From the IMG/VR virus record IMGVR_UViG_3300032282_001282, positions 1 through 64,000 of that record: a stretch of 64,000 bases of DNA. The stretch is one strand, 5' to 3'. The position numbers and the translations under genes were made by a program. Below are positions 57,089 through 64,000 of the stretch, piece after piece (position 1 is the first letter of the stretch; the number at the start of each line of letters is the position of its first letter). Source of the DNA: a virus. The notes beneath the pieces were generated by a model. It worked only from the letters and a program-made list of their open reading frames with translations, was not told the origin of the DNA and did not search any database.

Positions 57089-57172
57089 GATGTCTCCTTT
57101 TAAGTTAATACGCTGTCATCAACAGCATTTACGTATTATGCACGAATTTTTTGCATTGTGCAACAACTATTT

Positions 57173-57784
57173 TTACCGAACCTTAATACCTTTACCCAGA
57201 ATTGTACCATAAATGGGTGCTTCGTGTGTAAACAATACTTCAAACCCGTGATTCAGTAAAAACGGAACTGCCGCACCCGACTTTCCTGTGTAGTGCCCAA
57301 AATAAGGATTGTACCAAGTATCATCGCATATGACAATACTTACAGGAGCCAAGGCCTTCAAGGCCAACTCGGCCTGCCGCAAATGGGCACGTTGGCTATT
57401 AACATTATTCATTTCTAAACCCAGTTCAGAATAACGTTGTTTTTGTTCTTCAATGAAATCAATTTTTTTGTCTGGGTGCCAATCCCAATCAAAATTGTCT
57501 AAGTACAATAGACTAATAAAACCAATGTGTGCAGGAAACTGCTGTAAGAAGTCTTCGCCTGTGCTGTTTACAACATCAACTGTGGGCAAGTCTAACAAGC
57601 GAATGATATCACAGTGATGTGGGTCAACATCGACTGTAGTCAAAAACCTTCCACGCATTTCGCCCCATTTGGCCAGCACTTGTGTACTGCCGTCATCACC
57701 TGACCGTCCTGTGCCAATCTCTACCCAGACGCCTTTGGTTAATTGATCTAGGTATTGTTCTGCGTGTTTAAATACCTGGCCCAT
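57173..57784 (-). CDS. class I SAM-dependent methyltransferase-like protein
   Basis: VEIGT, TVDVD, LLYLD and ICDDT...GK motifs. Confidence 0.65.
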   Translation of the reverse strand: MGQVFKHAEQYLDQLTKGVWVEIGTGRSGDDGSTQVLAKWGEMRGRFLTTVDVDPHHCDIIRLLDLPTVDVVNSTGEDFLQQFPAHIGFISLLYLDNFDWDWHPDKKIDFIEEQKQRYSELGLEMNNVNSQRAHLRQAELALKALAPVSIVICDDTWYNPYFGHYTGKSGAAVPFLLNHGFEVLFTHEAPIYGTILGKGIKVR

Positions 57785-58017
57785 TACTTTTTAAGTTCTT
57801 CTAGTACCAGTCGTTTGCTACGTTCAACATCTTCGTCGGCCATTGCTTTAATAAAGCGGCCGCCAAAAATATTAACTAGATCTAATACAGCTTCTTTGCC
57901 TTGATCAGTTAAATGACAATAATCATGACCCACATTTGAATGATAAAAATACTTTGAATCTTGTAGTAACTCTTTGATACTGCCAACCATCATTTTTTCA
58001 ACATCGTTTGATCGCAT
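57784..58017 (-). CDS. hypothetical protein
   Basis: Start moved to MRSNDVEK. Confidence 0.6.
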   Translation of the reverse strand: MRSNDVEKMMVGSIKELLQDSKYFYHSNVGHDYCHLTDQGKEAVLDLVNIFGGRFIKAMADEDVERSKRLVLEELKK

Positions 58018-58021
58018 ACGT

Positions 58022-58405
58022 TTAATCCTCATCCTTAGGCCACTCACTTGGATGCCAACCCAGAGTTGCAAAATCTTTAAGTATTTCATCTGTTACAGTT
58101 CCTTCGCCCACATAGCCCTTGGTGCCACTTTCATCACCATTGCCTAATCCACTGCCCATTCCCGAGCAGTACCAATCCATGTAGTCTCCTCCACGGCCCT
58201 GAAATTGTGCCACAATACCACCAGCACTACGCCAACTACATGACCAGTAGTCATCTTTAAGTACTGGCCACACTTCAGCTTTTTGCCAGCGTATGTTGCA
58301 CATGGACGCATATACGTTCTGTGCGTAGGTTTCGCTGGATCTTATTTTATCTAAAAACCATTGACAGTTACTTAGATCTTTAAATAAATCTTGTTGCTCT
58401 TGCAT
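58022..58405 (-). CDS. hypothetical protein (paralog of 56356-56727)
   Basis: YAQNVYASMCN...YMDWYCSG. Confidence 0.65.
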   Translation of the reverse strand: MQEQQDLFKDLSNCQWFLDKIRSSETYAQNVYASMCNIRWQKAEVWPVLKDDYWSCSWRSAGGIVAQFQGRGGDYMDWYCSGMGSGLGNGDESGTKGYVGEGTVTDEILKDFATLGWHPSEWPKDED

Positions 58406-58578
58406 TAATCAATTACTTTACTAACTACAATACGACCTTGTTCTACTTGCCAAAGCAGAGTATCGCCTTCACGCCAACCAGCATGAATTAAAACATCGTC
58501 CGGCAATGGCAAAATTAGATCTCCAGTTTCGGGATCTTCTTCGACTGTAACAGTCCATGCTCGTTCATTATTTTCCAT
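58405..58578 (-). CDS. AbrB/MazE-like small DNA-binding protein (57 aa)
   Basis: Found manually: ...EEDPETGDLILPLPDDVLIHAGWREGDTLLW... Confidence 0.65.
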   Translation of the reverse strand: MENNERAWTVTVEEDPETGDLILPLPDDVLIHAGWREGDTLLWQVEQGRIVVSKVID

Positions 58579-58873
58579 CAATAACCTTTATCTCTAGTAC
58601 ATTGGCGACTCGAAAGCTACGCCATTCGTTTTTATCCAGGCAAAACACACTTAAAGTTTCGGGCTTGTATAAACGAGTTTGGTGAAACTCGTTGGCATCA
58701 CGCTGTGGCATTGCCGCTTCACGTAGAGTGCAGGGCATAGTGCGTACAGTACCATCTACTTTAGTAAATGTTACTTCGCAGTCGTGTTCGTGTAGCAAAT
58801 GACGCAGTTCTCTATTTCTAGAATCTAGATCTAAAAAATCAGCAGGCTCGTTGTATCTGATACCGTATGTCAT
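58568..58873 (-). CDS. WYL-like SH3-fold protein
   Basis: VTFTKVDGTVRTMPCTL...D..EWRSFR motif. Confidence 0.7.
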   Translation of the reverse strand: MTYGIRYNEPADFLDLDSRNRELRHLLHEHDCEVTFTKVDGTVRTMPCTLREAAMPQRDANEFHQTRLYKPETLSVFCLDKNEWRSFRVANVLEIKVIDGK

Positions 58874-59037
58874 TATTCTTCCTTGCCGCGACTACGACTT
58901 CCTTTAACACGGGCCGCAAGTTCTTCAACTCTAACATGGTCCTTGATAAACTGACGTCGATGTTGCGGGTTCATAATTGTTGCCGCAATACGTTTAACTG
59001 ATTTTGAAATTTTTACAGCACGTGGATCATACGACAT
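58873..59037 (-). CDS. small basic hypothetical protein
   Basis: MSYDPRAVKISKSVKR...; start overlaps the upstream gene end. Confidence 0.55.
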   Translation of the reverse strand: MSYDPRAVKISKSVKRIAATIMNPQHRRQFIKDHVRVEELAARVKGSRSRGKEE

Positions 59038-59275
59038 TGCGAATCCTTTCTTCATCTTTTGAGTGCATTCTACCCGGCTCTCTATTAGTATAAAACTTTT
59101 CATCAGGAATTGCAACCACCATAATTTGATCCATTGTATTGCAATATGGGTCAAGTGGATTAGCATACTTAATAATAGCACACTTAGTTTCTTCACCTTC
59201 TTCAAATCGTTCTAGCTTAGCCAATAGGGTAAGTAGGTTACGCTTTGACAGATAAATTCTTTCTTCAGGGTACAT
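59027..59275 (-). CDS. hypothetical protein
   Basis: LSKRNLLTLLAKL motif; SD AAGGA. Confidence 0.65.
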   Translation of the reverse strand: MYPEERIYLSKRNLLTLLAKLERFEEGEETKCAIIKYANPLDPYCNTMDQIMVVAIPDEKFYTNREPGRMHSKDEERIRNVV

Positions 59276-59360
59276 AATAGTCCTTAAATTACTGGTACAT
59301 TACTGCTGGTTAAATGTATAAACAACAATACCGTTATTGCAACACAAAAAACACAGTCAA

Positions 59361-59465
59361 TCATACAACGAGTCCAATCAATAGGCCGAGGCCAAATGAC
59401 ATAATACATACCCACATTAGTGCAAGTGGGTACCAAATATGATGCTCTAAGATTTTTTTAATCAA
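59361..59465 (-). CDS. 34-aa single-TM peptide
   Basis: Found manually; TTGA overlap with the ligase stop; MIKKILEHHIWYPLALMWVCIMSFGLGLLIGLVV. Confidence 0.45.
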   Translation of the reverse strand: MIKKILEHHIWYPLALMWVCIMSFGLGLLIGLVV

Positions 59466-60772
59466 ATCTTTTCGCCTGCTTCAAATCCACGGAAGCCTTT
59501 AAAGCGGGGGAACCTTAGACTGTACGATCCGTCTTGGTTTTGTGTAACAGCGTCTGCACGTACTTCGACAATATTACCAACAAGGTTATCCCGACTGGCC
59601 CAATAAGTAATGCGATTATCATCTGTAAGTCCGCTTCCGACATTGGTGCGAATAAGTTTACCATCATCCATTCCTTCGACAATTAATGCACCCAGTCGGC
59701 CTACGTTCTTACCTGTACCTTCTTCAGTGCCTACTACAGTTAGTGAAACTTCAATAAAGGGTTTAAGTTTAAGCCATGCCACGCTACGCTTACATTCGTA
59801 AATAGCATCAGGATCTTTGATCATAATACCTTCGTAGCCACCGGCAACTGCCTGTGCGTTAATCATTTTAAATCGTTCTTGGCCTTTAATAGTGTCAAGG
59901 TCAACAAGTTCTTGTCCCAGCACACTGACGTTGGGCATAAACTCTTTAAGGGGGTCATACCAAATCTTTAGTGCATTACTACGTTCACGCTGGCTAACAT
60001 GACCAATGCCTTCTTTAAACTCACGCAAAGTAATGATATCAAACAAATTAAGTACAGCATCATTGGCATTGACATCACTCTTACGATGCACCTGACGCAT
60101 AAGGTCTTGGAAACTGCTAGACATTACTTCGCCGTCAAATACCATTGGCTCTTGCAAGTATTTGGCATGACGTGCAAACTGATCTTTGATGTGCGGAAAG
60201 TTTACCAGTTCCTTACCATTTCGACTATACTGATCAACATGGCCACTAGGAAAAACGATAGTGATAACCCGTACCCCATCAAGTTTAACTTCCACCAATC
60301 TGGATCCTTGTACTTTACTTTCATGATTTGCACTATCATGTGCAAGCTGGCAACTAAAGACAGGAATAACAAAATTTGCATTGATTTTCTCCACCATCTT
60401 GTTAATGGTTTTTTCACTTACACCACAACGTAGGTCTTTAATAAGAATAAGTCTGTACCACTTATTCCATTCGTCCTCACGAGCATTTAGACGCAAAAAG
60501 TTTACAGCAGTACGAGCCGCATCGCCGGTAAGTTCACGCTTGCTCAATTGTTCAGCAATACGCCAAAAGTTATCGGGACTAATACCTTTACCGTTGCCGG
60601 ACTTTTCTTCTACTTGTTTAATACCAAAAGTAATCATAGAGTCCAATGCGGCACGGGCACCGCGGAAGAACTCAACATTGTTGGCTTGAGCTTCACGCTC
60701 AACAACAGATTCTTTGAACAAGCGACTGTTATCGCTTTCAAGTTCTTGTACAACTTCCCAGGGTTTCAGCAT
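59462..60772 (-). CDS. ATP-dependent DNA ligase
   Basis: KLDGVR, FDGE, EGIMIK, WLKLK and SLRFPRF motifs. Confidence 0.95.
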   Translation of the reverse strand: MLKPWEVVQELESDNSRLFKESVVEREAQANNVEFFRGARAALDSMITFGIKQVEEKSGNGKGISPDNFWRIAEQLSKRELTGDAARTAVNFLRLNAREDEWNKWYRLILIKDLRCGVSEKTINKMVEKINANFVIPVFSCQLAHDSANHESKVQGSRLVEVKLDGVRVITIVFPSGHVDQYSRNGKELVNFPHIKDQFARHAKYLQEPMVFDGEVMSSSFQDLMRQVHRKSDVNANDAVLNLFDIITLREFKEGIGHVSQRERSNALKIWYDPLKEFMPNVSVLGQELVDLDTIKGQERFKMINAQAVAGGYEGIMIKDPDAIYECKRSVAWLKLKPFIEVSLTVVGTEEGTGKNVGRLGALIVEGMDDGKLIRTNVGSGLTDDNRITYWASRDNLVGNIVEVRADAVTQNQDGSYSLRFPRFKGFRGFEAGEKI

Positions 60773-60797
60773 TGGAGCTCCTAATTAATATACAGTT

Positions 60798-60826
60798 ATT
60801 ATAGCATTATGAACAATACGGGTCAA
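60798..60826 (-). promoter_or_regulatory. sigma70 promoter TTGACC-N17-TATAAT (extended -10)
   Basis: Upstream of ligase. Confidence 0.7.
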
Positions 60827-61104
60827 GCAGATAGCATGGCCCACATTGTGGTTTGTTCCAAATCTTTTTCAAACTCTGGATAGACTTGGTCCAAATTATT
60901 TTTGTCTACTTTACGATATCCTTTATCGGATTTTTTATAAATCAACTTATCAAGGTCTCGTGAAGTTCCGGTGAATGCTTTGGTTTGCAATTTCTTACCA
61001 CGTCTACCCCAAACGGTAGTGTAGTTATTCTTACCTAGTTCAAGTACAATCCACACTTTGTCGTGGTTGTCTTCTTTGCACCAACCAATCCAACGATAGT
61101 CCAT
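60823..61104 (-). CDS. WGR-domain-like protein
   Basis: HDKVW...WGRRG...K..KGY. Confidence 0.6.
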   Translation of the reverse strand: MDYRWIGWCKEDNHDKVWIVLELGKNNYTTVWGRRGKKLQTKAFTGTSRDLDKLIYKKSDKGYRKVDKNNLDQVYPEFEKDLEQTTMWAMLSA

Positions 61105-61649
61105 TATTTCTCCTCAGGGGGATTGTGCGGTGTAAGTCCAGTTTCTTCTACACCTTCTTTGTACCATGTAGTAACTTCGTCTTCGTTTTCAGCTTCCCAT
61201 TCAGCCATTGACTCACTGATGCAGTATGCGTCATCTAATTCTTGCGGTAATTGTTGTACTACATCACTAGAGCTCATGCTGGATAAGTCGTAATAGTCGT
61301 CGCTTCCGTTTTCCCACACGCCAGCAAATGCCGAACCAGACTCATAATATGTTGCATAAACTGTAAAGCCTAAGTCAATAAATTTCTCATAGGCCGCAAT
61401 GGGCGGCGACCATGCAGAGTCAAAGTAAAAAACAATTTCGTTATCGTCCCAAGTTTGGATACCGTTACCATCGCCCACGTCCCACTTAGTGCCCCAATTG
61501 GCCACAGACCAGTCATAGTCCCATTCACCAGTTGGGTTGGGGATAAACTCGTTTAAGAACTTACCTTCGGCAAATGCCGCTTTAGCACGAACAATCATTG
61601 CAGGATCGTCGTGTGTAAGAGTTAGCGTATTACCGCACCAATTAGGCAT
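61104..61649 (-). CDS. YubB/DUF1281-like ferredoxin-fold protein
   Basis: MPNWC.N, NWGTKWD, FDSAWSPP and YYE.G..F.G motifs. Confidence 0.65.
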   Translation of the reverse strand: MPNWCGNTLTLTHDDPAMIVRAKAAFAEGKFLNEFIPNPTGEWDYDWSVANWGTKWDVGDGNGIQTWDDNEIVFYFDSAWSPPIAAYEKFIDLGFTVYATYYESGSAFAGVWENGSDDYYDLSSMSSSDVVQQLPQELDDAYCISESMAEWEAENEDEVTTWYKEGVEETGLTPHNPPEEK

Positions 61650-62086
61650 TATGCAGTCTCCTGTGTTGACTTAATTACAGCTTCGTGCAAAGGCGTAAAC
61701 TCTTTACGATATGCACTCACATACCAAACACCTGAATCCATAATGTAGTAGAATTCGGCGCCCGAGCCATCGTAATAGTCCATCCATTCCGCTTCGCTAC
61801 CAAAGCTCTTAAACTCAGTACCTTCTTCGCCGCGGTCACGGCCGTAAAATGTAGTCCAGGTGGCTTCTTCACTGCCCTCTACAGCACGTAGATCGAATGA
61901 ATGTTGCAGACCAATTTCTTCACGAAGGCTACTGATGTCACCTAGTGCTACCAGGTTGTTGGCCTTGGCGCTGTTATAGTGCTCAAGCAAGATAGCACCG
62001 TTATGTTCAATATAACCATCCCAATGGCAATAAACTGCCTTAATGCGATCACCGTGTTTTACAGCAATAGTTGAACGAGTACCCAT
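61649..62086 (-). CDS. conserved phage hypothetical protein
   Basis: MGTRSTI...YCHWDGY...YGRDRGE. Confidence 0.7.
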   Translation of the reverse strand: MGTRSTIAVKHGDRIKAVYCHWDGYIEHNGAILLEHYNSAKANNLVALGDISSLREEIGLQHSFDLRAVEGSEEATWTTFYGRDRGEEGTEFKSFGSEAEWMDYYDGSGAEFYYIMDSGVWYVSAYRKEFTPLHEAVIKSTQETA

Positions 62087-62430
62087 TATGCAATCTCCTT
62101 AACATGTTTACAATCGCCACGGAATGTATATCCGGGACAGCTACATTTTAGCATATTGTCGATTTTTTCAACAACATACACATCACCTTTAGAACCAGTA
62201 AATTCCCACTTTTCAGTTTTTACATCGTCTAAACTTACTTCACCTAACTCACGCACTTCACGAAATGTTCTACGACGTGCATCAAACGTGTACGGCTTCT
62301 TGAATACTGTTACTTCTTCTGTACCTGCCTTAAGGTAACCGTACATCTTACTTTTATCTGTGGTTAGTAGATAAATGTGATTGGGCGTAGGGCTTGCCCA
62401 ATCTGCGGTTGTTTCTTTGTAGAACTTCAT
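62086..62430 (-). CDS. SWIM zinc-finger protein
   Basis: CSCPGYTFRGDCKH. Confidence 0.7.
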   Translation of the reverse strand: MKFYKETTADWASPTPNHIYLLTTDKSKMYGYLKAGTEEVTVFKKPYTFDARRRTFREVRELGEVSLDDVKTEKWEFTGSKGDVYVVEKIDNMLKCSCPGYTFRGDCKHVKEIA

Positions 62431-62774
62431 TAGTCTAAACGGCTACCAGCGTATGCACGGAAACCATATTTCTCAAAAACCTTTGCCGCGGCACGAGCAC
62501 CTTCTTCTTTGGTGTCAATGTTTTGGCAATGCAAATCGCTAGGGTTCCAAATACTGAAGGCCTTGTTATAGTTCTGCTCCAAACCTGCGGCCTTGAGCGT
62601 CTTGCCCAATTTGGTATTACCTTTGACGCCAAAAATTTCAACCCAGGCAAAGCCACAAGCAAACTGATCTTGACCGCCCAAACGTTCTTGGAAAAACTTT
62701 TCAGCGGCTTCGCGAGCGGCTTGTTTAGCTTCGGCTACAATAGCAACAACTTGATCTTTAGTGTAATCCATCAC
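62430..62774 (-). CDS. conserved phage hypothetical protein
   Basis: ACGFAWV...Q....KE.GA.A.A...SRLD. Confidence 0.7.
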   Translation of the reverse strand: MMDYTKDQVVAIVAEAKQAAREAAEKFFQERLGGQDQFACGFAWVEIFGVKGNTKLGKTLKAAGLEQNYNKAFSIWNPSDLHCQNIDTKEEGARAAAKVFEKYGFRAYAGSRLD

Positions 62775-62800
62775 AGGCTCCTTTTAATTACGATACACAT

Positions 62801-62829
62801 AGTATAACATTTTGGGAATTTCGGGTCTA
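62801..62829 (-). promoter_or_regulatory. early promoter TAGACC-N17-TATACT with ATTCCCAAAATG
   Basis: Repeat of the spacer motif. Confidence 0.7.
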
Positions 62830-62837
62830 CCGAAATC

Positions 62838-63116
62838 TTACATGGACCAATATGTTTCACTTGCAGGACTGCAACAATTTGGGGTATTAACATCTTCCTC
62901 AAATGTCTTGCCCGTCATTAGGTTAGTACGGGTAACCATACGGGGTTTATAACTGTCACGAGTAATAATTTGAAGTTGGTTAGCACTCCAACCTGCTTTA
63001 TTAATCAAACGGGTTACTGTAGCCTTTGCGGCACCCCAAGTCTTGTATGCACGAGTCTTGTTTGGGCCGTCTGTAACAATAAGACCAGTACCCTTAGAAA
63101 CAATGTAAAAACTCAT
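62838..63116 (-). CDS. hypothetical protein
   Basis: Start moved to MSFYIV (SD AAGGAG); C-terminus NTPNCCSPASETYWSM. Confidence 0.7.
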   Translation of the reverse strand: MSFYIVSKGTGLIVTDGPNKTRAYKTWGAAKATVTRLINKAGWSANQLQIITRDSYKPRMVTRTNLMTGKTFEEDVNTPNCCSPASETYWSM

Positions 63117-63146
63117 TTTCAGCTCCTTTTTACTTACTATACCCAT

Positions 63147-63175
63147 ATTATAGCATTTTGGGAATTTAGGGTAAA
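63147..63175 (-). promoter_or_regulatory. early promoter TTTACC-N17-TATAAT with ATTCCCAAAATG
   Basis: Repeat of the spacer motif. Confidence 0.7.
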
Positions 63176-63191
63176 CCAAAATTTTAGGTAT

Positions 63192-63216
63192 AAAAAAGCC
63201 CCTTTTACGGGGCTTT
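63192..63216 (-). terminator. rho-independent terminator
   Basis: AAAGCCCC-GTAAAA-GGGGCTTTTTT. Confidence 0.8.
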
Positions 63217-63241
63217 AAAGTGTGGGTTTTTCGCAACAATA

Positions 63242-64000
63242 TTATTGTACGTTTTTCTTGGTTTTTTCTAATATTTTAAATGTCTTATTCTGTATTGTAC
63301 GCAAATCCTCAAACGAGCCACCGGCGTTTATAACGCCCGATGTTTTGAGTCTTTCTGCGTATACAGGATTTTTCAACCCTTCCTCAACCACGAGATGTAT
63401 TCTAGCCACAGTTGCTAAATCAGTACCAGCCGGCGCAAATAGTCCATACCAAATGTTCATGTCTAATTCGGGGTGCTTCTTGGATAACGCTGGTAATTTA
63501 ACAGAAGGATTTAATTCGTTGACCGTATGGCTTCCTTCGGGAGTCAGTGCGGCAATAAATTTAATTTTTCCAGCCTGCCATTGTGGCTTTAGTGTACCCA
63601 GTGAATCAATTGAAAAATCCACATTGCCGGCCATCAAATCAATCAGTGCTGGGCCGCCACCTTTGTAGTTGATAATCTGTGGTGCTGGTAATTTTTCCAA
63701 TTTGGCCCAGTATGTAAACAAGTTGGCATTGTGATTGGACCAGTGTGCTATGTTGAATTTGTTGGGATTTTTGCGTACATAGTCCTTGAGTTCTTCATAG
63801 TTGTTAACAGGACTGTTTGCAGGAACAGCAAGAATAAATGTGGCAATACCCATTGGGATAATTGGAGAGAAACTGGCCGGTGTATATTCTATATTTTCTT
63901 GTGCAGTCTTGAAAACAATATTACTGTCCAAGGTACCTTGACTGACCATGAATACTGTGTGTCCGTCTGGATTGGCCTTGGCCACATAGTTGGCGGCAAT
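63242..64000 (-). CDS. tctC: Bug/TctC substrate-binding protein (5' end outside window)
   Basis: A.PDGHT, YKGGGPALIDLMAGNVD and WYGLFAPAGT motifs. Confidence 0.9.
   Translation of the reverse strand: MAANYVAKANPDGHTVFMVSQGTLDSNIVFKTAQENIEYTPASFSPIIPMGIATFILAVPANSPVNNYEELKDYVRKNPNKFNIAHWSNHNANLFTYWAKLEKLPAPQIINYKGGGPALIDLMAGNVDFSIDSLGTLKPQWQAGKIKFIAALTPEGSHTVNELNPSVKLPALSKKHPELDMNIWYGLFAPAGTDLATVARIHLVVEEGLKNPVYAERLKTSGVINAGGSFEDLRTIQNKTFKILEKTKKNVQ

Noticed and set aside
11383-60772. Inteins or introns in ClpA, clamp loader, PhoH or ligase
   Set aside because: Proteins are of normal length with contiguous motifs
63117-63239. N-terminal extension of ORF 62838-63239
   Set aside because: It spans a terminator and a promoter; the SD-supported start is 63116
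1-64000. Numerous plus-strand ORFs in the track (e.g. 5489-6058, 11489-12079, 13600-14451, 42680-43156)
   Set aside because: Antisense shadows of well-supported minus-strand genes, with no motifs or RBS
1-64000. Stop-codon reassignment, as seen in some large phages
   Set aside because: Recognisable genes are full length in code 11 and end in TAA, TAG and TGA; coding density is already high

Overview
64 kb segment of a large (jumbo-like) T4-related dsDNA myophage, most likely infecting a Betaproteobacterium (inferred from a Neisseria/Burkholderiales-type porin and four Bug/TctC proteins). It is AT-rich and almost entirely coded on the minus strand in the standard genetic code. Left to right: (1) 0.1-10.7 kb, a late block of putative head-packaged polyproteins and enzymes (deaminase, zincin peptidase, HxGH nucleotidyltransferase, Dps, glycosyltransferase), with a candidate structured ncRNA at ~412-520. 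(2) ClpA and DnaJ. (3) A complete lysis cassette (GH19 endolysin, i/o-spanins, holin). (4) The most unusual region, 18.5-29.6 kb: three paralogous PP-loop (SGGxDS) enzymes, two 2OG-Fe(II)-oxygenase-like proteins, three secreted Bug/TctC binding proteins and two signal-peptide-less DctP-like binding proteins, arranged as repeated modules around phoH, with no membrane transporter subunits and a candidate late small RNA. (5) Clamp loader, GroES and a stand-alone DnaE fragment. (6) Baseplate and tail-fibre genes. (7) ErpA, an ART-like protein, SOD and IF-1. (8) An array of small paralogous proteins ending in F-x-L-[KR]-W. (9) A porin and ADP-heptose enzymes. (10) Early hypotheticals, DNA ligase and a fourth TctC. 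Regulatory signals are readable: T4-like late promoters (TAAATA), several giving probable leaderless mRNAs; sigma70-like early promoters with a conserved ATTCCCAAWATG spacer; and an ECF-like GTCAAC-N16-GCGTTA motif. No CRISPR array, tRNA or mobile element was recognised. All function calls come from motif recognition by eye, without database searches.
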